Part shown: piece by piece, positions 46,992-56,519 of the stretch
Numbering within the stretch: position 1 is the first letter of the stretch
Layout: the number at the start of each line of letters is the position of its first letter
Assembly: GCA_965248055.1 (NCBI GenBank)
Contig: CBDFIJ010000004.1
Location: 1,280,001-1,344,000, forward strand
From: Candidatus Multivoradales bacterium
GTDB taxonomy: Bacteria; Acidobacteriota; Thermoanaerobaculia; Multivoradales; JAHEKO01
DNA length: 64,000 nucleotides
Direction of reading: 5' to 3'
Translations under genes and position numbers: made by a program
The notes under the pieces: generated by a model
Told to the model about the DNA's origin: nothing
The model's database searches: none
The model's input: the letters and a program-made list of their open reading frames with translations, nothing else

Positions 46992-48047
46992 ATGCAAGAG
47001 CTACAACTTCCCCCTCGTTCCACCATGATTGAAGCGTTCCTGGCGCGCGACACAACCTATGAAGGAATTTTTTATACCGGGGTGCAAACCACTGGGATCT
47101 TCTGTCGGCCAAGCTGCCCGGCGAGAAAGCCCAAGCCAGAAAACGTTGAGTTTTTCGCCAACCAACGCGAGGCACTGCTAGCGGGCTACCGACCGTGCAA
47201 ACGCTGTACGCCCCTTTCCGAGCAGACCACTCCCGAATGGACCACCCGGCTACTGCAGGAGATCGACCGTGACCCGACGCGTCGCTGGCGCGATCAAGAC
47301 CTACGAGAGCTAGGTCTCAGCCCTGCCACCGTACGACGTTGGTTTCAGTCCCATTATCAAATGACGTTTCACGCCTACAGTCGGGCACGACGAATCAACA
47401 GCGCCATGGGGCACTTACGCCATGGAAACCCGGTCATCGACACCGCTTTCGAAAGTGGATTCGAATCCTTGAGCGGATTCGGTGAGGCGTTTCAGAAGCT
47501 CACCGGGCGAGCACCCAGTGCCAGCCGCGAGGTGACCTCGATCGTCATGAACCGGATTCAGACGCCTCTGGGACCAATGGTCGCAGGAGCCACGGACGAT
47601 GCCGTCGTGTTGTTGGAGTTTGCCGATCGCCGCATGTTGCCGCGCCAGATGTCGATTCTCGCCACGCGACTCAACGCGGTCTTGACTCCTGGAGCCTCAC
47701 CGCAACTCATTGAGCTATCGGACCAGTTGGAGGCCTACTTTGCGGGTCGATTGAGGCAATTCGACACTGTGATCGAAACCCCAGGCACGCCGTTTCAAAA
47801 CTCGGTCTGGAAACAGTTGAGAGAGATCCCAGTGGGCGAGACTCGCAGCTACTCCGAGATCGCGCAAGAGATCGGACAACCGAGCGCAGCGCGGGCCGTC
47901 GCACGGGCTAACGGCGACAATCGCATTGCTATCTTGATTCCCTGCCACCGGGTGATCGGCGTCAACGGTCGCTTATCGGGATACGGCGGAGGCGTGTGGA
48001 GAAAAAAGAAACTGTTGGAACTCGAGGCCAGGAGCGCTAGCTCTTAG
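46992..48047 (+). CDS. ada: Bifunctional Ada regulator / O6-methylguanine methyltransferase
   Basis: TTGIFCRPSCPAR, GYRPCKRC, AraC HTH, IPCHRV. Confidence 0.92.
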   Translation: MQELQLPPRSTMIEAFLARDTTYEGIFYTGVQTTGIFCRPSCPARKPKPENVEFFANQREALLAGYRPCKRCTPLSEQTTPEWTTRLLQEIDRDPTRRWRDQDLRELGLSPATVRRWFQSHYQMTFHAYSRARRINSAMGHLRHGNPVIDTAFESGFESLSGFGEAFQKLTGRAPSASREVTSIVMNRIQTPLGPMVAGATDDAVVLLEFADRRMLPRQMSILATRLNAVLTPGASPQLIELSDQLEAYFAGRLRQFDTVIETPGTPFQNSVWKQLREIPVGETRSYSEIAQEIGQPSAARAVARANGDNRIAILIPCHRVIGVNGRLSGYGGGVWRKKKLLELEARSASS

Positions 48048-48053
48048 AGCGGC

Positions 48054-48129
48054 TATAAGGGGACACAATTCTTCTTAGGGGACACAATTTTTATTGTGTC
48101 CCCTCCTGTTCTTATTGTGTCCCCTTATA
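48054..48129. repeat. Nested palindrome of four GGGGACACAAT units (REP-like; possible bidirectional terminator)
   Basis: Outer perfect 16-bp IR tataaggggacacaat/attgtgtccccttata; inner 12-bp hairpin aggggacacaat-tttt-attgtgtcccct; between convergent genes. Confidence 0.85.
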
Positions 48130-49407
48130 AACGCGCCCCTCCTTCATCACGAATTTCACCTGCTCCAAGGTTGAGATATCGCTCAACGGATCACCATCCA
48201 CGGCGATTAAGTCGGCAATTTTGCCAACCTCGACAGAGCCCAGTCGGTCGTCAATCTGGAGCAATTCGGCTGCGGTCATGGTCGCCGCTTGAATCGCTTC
48301 CATCGCCGGCATCCCGGCTTCGACCATCAGCGCGAATTCTCGCCCGTTCTCCCCGTGCGGAGACACCCCGCTGTCGGTGCCAAACGCGATCTTGACTCCA
48401 GCGCGATAGGCCCTGCCAAAAGTGTCTTTGATCTTGGGGCCGATGGCGGCCGCTTTGGGCCTCACAACTTCGGGAAAATATCCGTCGACCTCGGCCTTGG
48501 CAGCAACAAAATCCCCGGCCAAGATGGTGGGCACGTAGTAGGTGCCATGCTCTTTCATTAACGCAATGACTTCATCGTCCATCAAAGTCCCGTGTTCGAT
48601 GGACAGGACCCCAGCGCGAATCGCCCGCTTCATTCCTTCCGCTCCGTGGGCGTGCGCGGCAACATGAAACCCGTAGTCGGACGCGGTGTTGACGATAGCC
48701 TCCAGCTCTTCTTGAGAAAACTGTGGGTTCTGTCCGCTCTTGGCGACTGAGAGCACGCCACCGGTAGCGGTGATCTTGATGAAGTCGGCGCCCTCTTTGT
48801 AACGGTAACGGACCGCTTCCGCGGCTGCCGCTGCACCATCCACGACACCCTCACGCGGTCCAGCGTCCGCCGCAAGCGCGGAACGCAAGCCGCTGGTTGG
48901 GTCAGCATGCCCACCGGTGGTGGCAATCGATTTTCCAGCGGTAATGATACGCGGTCCCGGCACCCAGCCTTGGGCAATCGCGTCGCGCAACGCCACCGTG
49001 GTCGCGCCGCTGTCCCCCGGATTGCGCACGGTGGTGAAACCCGCATCCAGGGTCCGCTTGGCGTAGACCACCGAACGGATAGCAAATGTCGAGCGTTCTT
49101 TCTGTACCCGCTCTAAGTAGGTATTGGGACTCAGCTCACCGTCCAAATGCACATGCATGTCCATCAGTCCGGGCAGCACGGTCGAACTGGAGAGATCGAT
49201 CACCGTGTCACCCTCGGCTGGGGTGCGAAAACCGTCTTCCACGGCGACGATCCGGTCCGCTTCGACCACCACCGTGACCTCAGCTCGGGATTGCGCACTG
49301 ACTCCGTCGATCAGTTTTCCGGCATGAATCAAAGTCTGCTCAGCGTCTGCGCTGGTGGATGCTAATAGTGAGGACAGCAGTACTGTATTGAGAAATCGCT
49401 TGCGCAT
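48112..49407 (-). CDS. Secreted metal-dependent amidohydrolase (Xaa-Pro dipeptidase-like)
   Basis: [38 protein letters not shown]. Confidence 0.85.
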   Translation of the reverse strand: MRKRFLNTVLLSSLLASTSADAEQTLIHAGKLIDGVSAQSRAEVTVVVEADRIVAVEDGFRTPAEGDTVIDLSSSTVLPGLMDMHVHLDGELSPNTYLERVQKERSTFAIRSVVYAKRTLDAGFTTVRNPGDSGATTVALRDAIAQGWVPGPRIITAGKSIATTGGHADPTSGLRSALAADAGPREGVVDGAAAAAEAVRYRYKEGADFIKITATGGVLSVAKSGQNPQFSQEELEAIVNTASDYGFHVAAHAHGAEGMKRAIRAGVLSIEHGTLMDDEVIALMKEHGTYYVPTILAGDFVAAKAEVDGYFPEVVRPKAAAIGPKIKDTFGRAYRAGVKIAFGTDSGVSPHGENGREFALMVEAGMPAMEAIQAATMTAAELLQIDDRLGSVEVGKIADLIAVDGDPLSDISTLEQVKFVMKEGRVYKGTQ

Positions 49408-49424
49408 AATCGTTCCTTCTTAGT

Positions 49425-50069
49425 TCAGGAGGCTGAGGGATGGTCGAGGATTGAGAGCAGTTCCGAGGCATTTTCCTGCGGCGGCGTCAGCCCAGAAACA
49501 ACAACGCTGGCCAACTCTTTCGCCGGCGCCACGTAGAGCGAATGCATCGGCAAGACATGATGTTCCCATTGGTGCAATACGGTGTCGACAGAACGCTTTC
49601 GCTCGGCTATGTCTCGGCGGATTCTGCGAATCAACCGCACATCTCCTGGGGTCTCGACGTAGACCAGAAAGTCTAGGACGTCGCGCAGGTAGTCCTGGGA
49701 ACCGATTAACATCCCTTCAACCAGGAGGATCTCCGACGGGGCAATGGTTTCGGTTCGGTCGGTGCGACGATGGGTGACTAGATCGTAGACCGGAACCTCT
49801 GCCGGCTGGAGCTGGACGAGGCCAATTAGATGTTGATGGAGCAGCGGAAAGTCGATCGCGTCCGGGTGGTCAAAATTGTGCTGCAGCACTTGGTCGTGAG
49901 TGTGCCAATCCAGATCGTTGTAATAGCGATCCTGGGTAATAACCCGAGCCCTAGAGCCCAATAGCGCGGCCAGCGTGCGGCACAAAGTGGTCTTCCCCGA
50001 ACCGGTCCCTCCGGTGATTCCGACAATCTTCAAAGCACTTTCCTTTTCACTCGGTCGAGTCTCAATCAA
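49425..50069 (-). CDS. udk: Uridine kinase
   Basis: GITGGTGSGKTT, QDRYY, NFDHPDAID, RLIRRIRRD..ER. Confidence 0.9.
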   Translation of the reverse strand: MIETRPSEKESALKIVGITGGTGSGKTTLCRTLAALLGSRARVITQDRYYNDLDWHTHDQVLQHNFDHPDAIDFPLLHQHLIGLVQLQPAEVPVYDLVTHRRTDRTETIAPSEILLVEGMLIGSQDYLRDVLDFLVYVETPGDVRLIRRIRRDIAERKRSVDTVLHQWEHHVLPMHSLYVAPAKELASVVVSGLTPPQENASELLSILDHPSAS

Positions 50070-50072
50070 TTC

Positions 50073-50849
50073 TTAACTCGGTTGTGATTCCCAGCGCGCC
50101 AACAAGGGCCGCAGCTGGTCGAGGTCGTCTATTGTTGCATCCGCGTCAGGGCCGTCGTCAAACCTCGACCGCAGCCACACCGTCTTCATCCCTGCCATCC
50201 TACCCACAGCCACGTCTGGAAATTTCCGATCCCCCACCATAACTGCCGAGGCAGCCTCTGCAGAGAGCCTGGAAAGCGCGCGCCGAACAATCGCTGGCGA
50301 CGGTTTGCGCACCCCTTCGTCATAACTGAAGCAATGCGCCGAGAATAGATCCCACAGGCCTCCTTGCTCAAGCACTGGTCGATAGATCTCCCCGGGCAGC
50401 GGAACATTGGACACCAAGGCGCAAGAAAAGCCCCGTTCGACCAATTCACCCACAACCGTACGGGCCGACGGGGTACAGGTAATTTCTTCGAGATATGGAC
50501 GAAACCACGCCGCGAGAAGCTCGATGTCCGGAATCGAGCACCCATAGTGTTGCCGTAGCCGATCTAAATAGGGCGTCCAGGACGCCTCGCTTCCCCGTTG
50601 CTGCCGAGTCTGGTGTGCCCGCCGCCACGGAGCGAACACCAGACCATCCAAGTCAGCCTCTTGCAGCCGAGCGCAGCGTCGTCCGTCTTTCGCAAGTAGG
50701 CTGAGCATGGCTCGGCGTCCTCGCCAATCTTCAGCGCTGGGCGGCATCCCTTCGCTCGGCCCAAAATCGACCAACACCCCGCCCATGTCAAACACGACCG
50801 CGCGAATAGGAACTCCCAATGAGCCGCGATGGGCCGGTTGATCGGTCAT
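50073..50849 (-). CDS. HAD-family hydrolase
   Basis: FDMGGVL, VSN, RKPSP, MVGDR..PD. Confidence 0.85.
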   Translation of the reverse strand: MTDQPAHRGSLGVPIRAVVFDMGGVLVDFGPSEGMPPSAEDWRGRRAMLSLLAKDGRRCARLQEADLDGLVFAPWRRAHQTRQQRGSEASWTPYLDRLRQHYGCSIPDIELLAAWFRPYLEEITCTPSARTVVGELVERGFSCALVSNVPLPGEIYRPVLEQGGLWDLFSAHCFSYDEGVRKPSPAIVRRALSRLSAEAASAVMVGDRKFPDVAVGRMAGMKTVWLRSRFDDGPDADATIDDLDQLRPLLARWESQPS

Positions 50850-50886
50850 GGTCGGACAGTCCTTTCTCGGTTCAGCATCTCGACGC

Positions 50887-51711
50887 TCAATGTTGACATC
50901 CGGGACAGTAGTAGGTCGAACGATTGCCAAAGACCGAACGCCGGATGCTGGCTCCGCAGCGCAGACACGGTTCTCCCTCGCGGTCGTACACGGCGTGCTC
51001 GATCTGGAAGTAGCCGCTCTCCCCGGTACCATCGCGGAAATCATTGAGCGTCGAGCCCCCTCGGTCGATCGCCCGCGTCAAGGTCTCTTGAATCGCTGCT
51101 ACGACCTTATTCCAGGTTGCCAGCGAAACTCTTGAGACCATTCTGCCCGGATGCACCCCTGCTCGGTGCAATGCTTCAGAAGCGTAGATATTTCCAACCC
51201 CAACCATCACGGTTTGATCCATCAAGAATTCTTTGATTCGCCGACGGCGCCCACCTGCCCGGGTGCGCAAGGTGTTTCCGTCCAACCCCGCCGACAGCGG
51301 CTCGACACCCAGATGCGCCAGCCGTTTGTCGGTAGCGAGTTGGGCGTTTTCAACCACTGCCAACAGACCAAATCGCCTCGGGTCACAATAGTTGAGTAAA
51401 GACCCGTCATCGAGATGGAACCGGACGTGGTCATGCTTCTCGCGCTCAACCTGTGTTTTGGTCCAAGACAGGTTGCCACTCATCCCCAAATGCACCAACA
51501 AAGTCCGATCGCCCGAGGTCTTGAGCAATAGGTATTTAGCACGCCGCTCGAGTCGCTCGATCGTCCGGTTGCGCATCGCGGCTCGAAACGGTATCGGATC
51601 GATTTGCTCGCGCAGCCGTGGTTCAAATACTTCCGTCATGCGAATCGTCCTAGCTACGCAGTGAGGCTCGAGAGTGCGCTTCAGGACTTCAACTTCTGGC
51701 AATTCAGGCAT
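50887..51711 (-). CDS. mutM: Formamidopyrimidine-DNA glycosylase
   Basis: MPELPEVE, RRAKYL, HLGMSG, DPRRFG, GVGNIYASE, C-terminal Zn finger. Confidence 0.95.
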   Translation of the reverse strand: MPELPEVEVLKRTLEPHCVARTIRMTEVFEPRLREQIDPIPFRAAMRNRTIERLERRAKYLLLKTSGDRTLLVHLGMSGNLSWTKTQVEREKHDHVRFHLDDGSLLNYCDPRRFGLLAVVENAQLATDKRLAHLGVEPLSAGLDGNTLRTRAGGRRRRIKEFLMDQTVMVGVGNIYASEALHRAGVHPGRMVSRVSLATWNKVVAAIQETLTRAIDRGGSTLNDFRDGTGESGYFQIEHAVYDREGEPCLRCGASIRRSVFGNRSTYYCPGCQH

Positions 51712-51770
51712 GGTGCAAGCTGGGATACCGACCTCAAACGGCTCGGCCAACTTCCGCTAGGCTAGCGCTC

Positions 51771-53225
51771 TCAGGCCAAGGTGGCGCACAGATCCGCGAG
51801 CAAGGCATCGATTGCCAAATCAGCTGACCGCGATTCACCCTTGATTCGTCTTTCGGTGACCAGCACCTTCGCCGGTAGCTCGGCGCCACGACCGGGGCGC
51901 AGGCGCGAAGCTGCCAGATAAGCCCGGTGCAATCGAAACGGATGAATCTTGTGCAATGCGTCGACGCCGGTGTCGGCGGCAAGGATCGGTGCCAGCCGCT
52001 GCTTGAACTGCGGGTAGTTGTTCATTCCGCGCTCTACCCCAGTCTGTTCAAAGCGAGCTTCGATCCAGGCCAAGTGACGACAGAACTCGGCGAGCTGGGA
52101 GAAAAATCCCAGGCGCGCTGCTTCTGGATCGGACGCGGCATCCATGTATCGGGTGAAGCGGTGCAAGACCTCGCCGGTTTTTCCCTCGCCAATCGCGTCC
52201 ATGATCTGGAAAACGTCTTGATCGCCACGATCTGCAACCACCCGCCGTACATCTTGCACCGTGATTTCGGCATCGACGTAGGTCGCCAATTTGCGGTATT
52301 CGGCGGCAAATCGAGCCGCACTGTCGGCGTCGACAACGCCCGATCGATCACGAGCTTTACGTCTCAGGGTCCGCTCGGCCAATTCTCTGATCGCAGCGGG
52401 GGCTGCCTTGATCCCGGTCTCCGCCGCCAGGGCAGCGGCCAGCCGATCGGCTCCCTGCCAACCACCTTGACGCTGAGCGGTGATCTCACCAACCCCAACC
52501 ACCGCATCGAGGGCCTTGAGCCGACTCGCCAAAGGGTGGCTTTCATCCACCGCCGACTCGACCAAGATCAAGTGATGGCCGGGCGGAAAACCGTGCTCCA
52601 ATGCCGCCGCGATGCGCTCGACCACAGCTTCTGAATGAACCGCGACCTCTTGCTCTCGCCCAGCCTGGAGCAATCGAACCAACTGCTCCCGCCGTTCGCT
52701 GACTCGAGCAGCACCGATGCGCCCCGAGGCGCCCTTGAGAACATGGTCCGGCAGATCAGCGACAGCCTCCTCGGCAGATCCCGCAAACGGGTCAAGACCA
52801 AACATGTTGAGCACCGAATAGAGGCGGGTGGCGCACCAGCGCTGACGACCGGAGAGATTCGCGCTCGGATCACTCACCGGGTCATCAAGCGCAGCATCGA
52901 CCAAAGAAGACGCTGCGCTCTGGTCCGCCAGCAAGGCGGTCTCAAAGGCAATCACCACCTTGGCTTCGCCAAACAAAGAAAAGGTCTCAAGATCGTCTAA
53001 AACTCCGGCCAGCGATTCCTTGTGACGTGCCAGAGTGTAGGGATCGTCCCGCGCCAAACGCTCAGCCATCTTGCGAGCCTTGGGCTCCGCAAGAGTGAGG
53101 TTGCCGACGATTAGGTGTACCTGAGCGACAGAATCAGGAGCGCTGGAATCCGTCTGATCGGAGGCGGTTGGGGTCAGGAACTGATCTCCGAGTCTTCGCG
53201 CACTTTGTCCTCGCGCACCGTCCAC
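51771..53225 (-). CDS. holA: DNA polymerase III delta subunit-like protein (start uncertain)
   Basis: T.SLFGE.KVV, E..KL.TY...EIT..DV..VV, VF..MDAI, HPFR, ...IKG. Confidence 0.6.
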   Translation of the reverse strand: MDGARGQSARRLGDQFLTPTASDQTDSSAPDSVAQVHLIVGNLTLAEPKARKMAERLARDDPYTLARHKESLAGVLDDLETFSLFGEAKVVIAFETALLADQSAASSLVDAALDDPVSDPSANLSGRQRWCATRLYSVLNMFGLDPFAGSAEEAVADLPDHVLKGASGRIGAARVSERREQLVRLLQAGREQEVAVHSEAVVERIAAALEHGFPPGHHLILVESAVDESHPLASRLKALDAVVGVGEITAQRQGGWQGADRLAAALAAETGIKAAPAAIRELAERTLRRKARDRSGVVDADSAARFAAEYRKLATYVDAEITVQDVRRVVADRGDQDVFQIMDAIGEGKTGEVLHRFTRYMDAASDPEAARLGFFSQLAEFCRHLAWIEARFEQTGVERGMNNYPQFKQRLAPILAADTGVDALHKIHPFRLHRAYLAASRLRPGRGAELPAKVLVTERRIKGESRSADLAIDALLADLCATLA

Positions 53226-54574
53226 ACCGGCCGCGCGACGACACCAATCAGGTCCTCGGCGACCTGTTCTTCTTCAAAGTCCAATTCCAGAGCGTTCCAG
53301 GCACCACAAGATGCGCAGCGGCCGGTCCAGTCGTCAGCTTCGGCACGGCAGTTGGTGCAGCGATAGTCCGCGACCGTCAAACCCGCTTGCTTGACGCACC
53401 AGCGATAGTGCTCGACTGCCAAATCTCGATCGCCTCTCTTCTCAGCGATCCGCGCGATCAACAAATGATAGGTCGGCGACTGACGGAAGGGTTCCTCAAC
53501 CGCAGCGAGCACCTTGCTCGCCTCTTCGTGCATCTCCAGTCGGTAGTACAACCGTCCGAGGAAAAAACGGGGAATCAAGCCATTGTCGGTCCCCGCCAGG
53601 CTGCGTAAACGCTTGATCGCCTGCGCTGGATCGCCGACCTCAATATAGTGGTCCTCCAAACGCTGTAAGAACGTCGGACTGCCTGTTTGCTGGTACCCGC
53701 GTTGCCACTCATCGGCTGCCGACTCTGGACGATTTCCTAGCACCAAAGCTTCGCCGAGCATGATCGAGGCTGGGGCAAAACTGGGTTCGTCTTCCAACAA
53801 ACCGTGAAACAACCGTTTGGCCTCTTCGGTGGATCCGTCCTCCAAGAGAGCGACTCCCCGTTCGTACTTAAGCCCGCGGCGTATCTCTTCCTCACCCGCC
53901 AAGTCGACCGGTTCTGCTAAGGCTTCGATCTTTTCCTGAAGCTCTAAGGCGTGTTTCCAATCTCGCCGATCCATCGATTCCGCGCGGCGCGCCTTGAGCA
54001 CCTTGAGACCCGACCCAGAAAATTCACGCAACACTCGATTGCGGACTTCCGCCGCTACATCCGACTCCCCAGCCGCCGCATAGTCCTCGGCCAGTTCGTA
54101 GAGCAGGGTGACGCTTTGCGGGTAGAGCACCGACGCCCTTCGATGTACCTCCAACGCCTGATCCAATTTGCGCATTCCACGCAGCGCAGCGCCCATGCCC
54201 ACTAGGCCACCAAAATCTTCAGGACGATCCTGCAGCAGCGAACCAAACTCGGATTCTGCCTTGGACCACTGACCATCGGCGAGTGAGTCCATGGCTCGAC
54301 GATAGAGCGCGTCGAGAGCGCGTTGTTCGCGCTCACCACGGTGGCGGCGGCGGGAACTGAGGTCTTGGCGCAGGGTGTCAATCAACAACACCGCGACGGT
54401 CGGCAGGAAGCCCAAAAAGAACACCGCCAGTAGCGCCCCATACAACGGCACGCTGCGACCTGCACCCATGGCGAAAGGTTGATGCAGGAGATCGTCATTG
54501 TGCTGGTACAGGTACGAACCAGCAACCATGGCCACCAGGGACAAGAGAATGACGAAAAAAGTCCTAAACTTCAT
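53174..54574 (-). CDS. lapB: LapB-like LPS assembly protein with LapA-like N-terminal TM pair
   Basis: Two TM helices, TPR repeats, YRCTNC...W.GRCASCGAWN rubredoxin-type site. Confidence 0.75.
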   Translation of the reverse strand: MKFRTFFVILLSLVAMVAGSYLYQHNDDLLHQPFAMGAGRSVPLYGALLAVFFLGFLPTVAVLLIDTLRQDLSSRRRHRGEREQRALDALYRRAMDSLADGQWSKAESEFGSLLQDRPEDFGGLVGMGAALRGMRKLDQALEVHRRASVLYPQSVTLLYELAEDYAAAGESDVAAEVRNRVLREFSGSGLKVLKARRAESMDRRDWKHALELQEKIEALAEPVDLAGEEEIRRGLKYERGVALLEDGSTEEAKRLFHGLLEDEPSFAPASIMLGEALVLGNRPESAADEWQRGYQQTGSPTFLQRLEDHYIEVGDPAQAIKRLRSLAGTDNGLIPRFFLGRLYYRLEMHEEASKVLAAVEEPFRQSPTYHLLIARIAEKRGDRDLAVEHYRWCVKQAGLTVADYRCTNCRAEADDWTGRCASCGAWNALELDFEEEQVAEDLIGVVARPVWTVREDKVREDSEISS

Positions 54575-54585
54575 CTACAGTCCAA

Positions 54586-54939
54586 CTAGTCAACCACTTG
54601 AGCTTCCTGTCGTTCCTGACACTCAACGCAATGCTGCGTCCAGGGCACCGCGGCCAATCGAACCTTAGCAATTTTCTTCCCGCAGTCCGCGCAATCTCCA
54701 TATCTGCCCGCGTCGAGCGCTGCAACGGCGTTTTCAATCGCCGCTAGCCGTTCATAGTCGACCGCGGAAAACACAATATTGAGATCCCGCTGGTAGGAAG
54801 CAGTCGCCTGATCGATCGGATCCTCGACCGTGTCCTCCTCGCGCCGACCCTCTTCGATCTCGGAGTGGTACATCTTTAAAATTTCAGCACGCTGCTCCAA
54901 CAAGTTGGCTCTGATTCGCTCTAACTCTCGTGACCGCAT
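54586..54939 (-). CDS. dksA: TraR/DksA-family transcription factor
   Basis: DPIDQA coiled-coil tip, YGDCADCG..I...RL.AVPW..HCVECQ. Confidence 0.8.
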   Translation of the reverse strand: MRSRELERIRANLLEQRAEILKMYHSEIEEGRREEDTVEDPIDQATASYQRDLNIVFSAVDYERLAAIENAVAALDAGRYGDCADCGKKIAKVRLAAVPWTQHCVECQERQEAQVVD

Positions 54940-54963
54940 CGTTGATTCCTTCCAGGCATCCGA

Positions 54964-55434
54964 CTAGTCGATCGGAGTCCGGTGATACTTTATTCCGCGA
55001 AGCTGTGCAATGCCACGGTAGATTTGCTCGTAAAGCACCAACTTGGCTAGGCGGTGAGCCAGGGTTACTGGCCCGAACGAGATCACTTGATCCGAGCGCT
55101 GCAGAAACTCTCGACCAATTCCTAGGTCTGATCCCAAGACAAAAGTCACGCCGTCTGGAGCCTCCATCCATTGGCTCATCCGCGCAGCCCATTGTTTCGA
55201 CGACAAGGGTTTCCCGCGTCGGTCCAGGGAAACCACGGTTCCATCTGCCACTTTGCATAGCGCTTCCGCTTCCCGCATCAGTCGCTTCGATTCATCGCCA
55301 CCCCGGGCGCGGACTTCCATTTCGCGCAGCGGAATAAATCTTTGGATACGACTGCGGTAATCAGCAAAAAGCGGCTCCCAGGCGGGCGCACGATGGCGAC
55401 CGGCCCACACAATTCTGAGTTCTCGACTTGCCAA
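54964..55434 (-). CDS. rlmH: 23S rRNA pseudouridine-1915 methyltransferase
   Basis: LDRRGK..SS, FVLG..LG, TLAH.LA.LVL.EQIYR, YH. Confidence 0.9.
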   Translation of the reverse strand: MASRELRIVWAGRHRAPAWEPLFADYRSRIQRFIPLREMEVRARGGDESKRLMREAEALCKVADGTVVSLDRRGKPLSSKQWAARMSQWMEAPDGVTFVLGSDLGIGREFLQRSDQVISFGPVTLAHRLAKLVLYEQIYRGIAQLRGIKYHRTPID

Positions 55435-55504
55435 GATATCTCCCCTTTTACCAGCTTAACTGACCGGTCTGATGCCTCCGCCCATGGTAACCTTCGGCGC
55501 TCCG

Positions 55505-56512
55505 ATGAGCGTCTCTGACCCCAACGAACAGTCGCGAAAATCCCGCCGAGGCCGGTTGGCCAAGCGCCTCATTCTGGGCGGCGTAGCGATCGGCGTTCCA
55601 GCACTGGTCAATCTTGCCATCGCCCGCTCGGCGCGTCGGCTGGGCGAAGCGAAATGGGGTCGACCGAGTCGCTACTCCTGGCGCTATGGGGAAATCTCAT
55701 TCCAAGTTTTGGGCAAAGGCGAGCCTATTCTGCTGCTGCATTCGTTGGGTCCGGGGCACGACGGAGACGAGTGGTGTGCGGTTGCTGAGCTCTTGGCTGA
55801 ATCCCACACCGTCTACGTGCCCGATTTGCTCGGTTGGGGCCGCTCGCAACGGCCCAAGATTGCCTACGACGATTCGATTTATGTACGCCTGATCTCCGAC
55901 TTCTTGGATGACGTGGTTTGGGCTCCCAGCACCCTGGTCGCTGCCGGCCTAACGGCGCCCTACGCGTTGCAAGTGGCTCTTGATGAACCGCAAAAGGTCG
56001 AAGCGGTAGGACTGGTTCACCCGTCCGGCCTTGATCTGGACGCTGAAGAACCGGATCTGCGCGACGCCCTGTTGCGCAAGGCGCTACAAGTGCCGGTGTT
56101 GGGCACTGGCGCACTGAACCTCTACACCAGTCACCAGGCGATCAAGCAGCACCTGGAGAGAGACGTTTTTCTCGAGCCTCAGGCGGTGACCGACGAGGAC
56201 GTTGAGCAATACTACGATTCCAGCCATCAACCTGGAGCCCACCACGCTCTGGCCTCGTATCTGGCTGGCTTTCTCAATCACCGACTGCGTCATGGGGTTG
56301 ACCGTCTGCAACAGCCTCTGTGGCTGGCGTGGGGTCGAGGTGGTAGCAATCCGGTGGTTCGCCAGCAATTGGATACTTGGTTGAATCATTTTCCGGCGGC
56401 AGAAATCGAGGTCTTGGACGGTGTCGGTTCCTTACCCCATTTCGAATCCCCTGCTACCTTTGGCGACCGTCTCCTGCGATTCCTGACGCAGACGCCCGCT
56501 TCGATCGGCTAA
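55505..56512 (+). CDS. Alpha/beta-fold hydrolase-like protein
   Basis: G.GEPILLLH, PDLLGWGRS, LPH.E; nucleophile elbow is atypical (AAGLT). Confidence 0.7.
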   Translation: MSVSDPNEQSRKSRRGRLAKRLILGGVAIGVPALVNLAIARSARRLGEAKWGRPSRYSWRYGEISFQVLGKGEPILLLHSLGPGHDGDEWCAVAELLAESHTVYVPDLLGWGRSQRPKIAYDDSIYVRLISDFLDDVVWAPSTLVAAGLTAPYALQVALDEPQKVEAVGLVHPSGLDLDAEEPDLRDALLRKALQVPVLGTGALNLYTSHQAIKQHLERDVFLEPQAVTDEDVEQYYDSSHQPGAHHALASYLAGFLNHRLRHGVDRLQQPLWLAWGRGGSNPVVRQQLDTWLNHFPAAEIEVLDGVGSLPHFESPATFGDRLLRFLTQTPASIG

Positions 56513-56519
56513 CGCTCTC

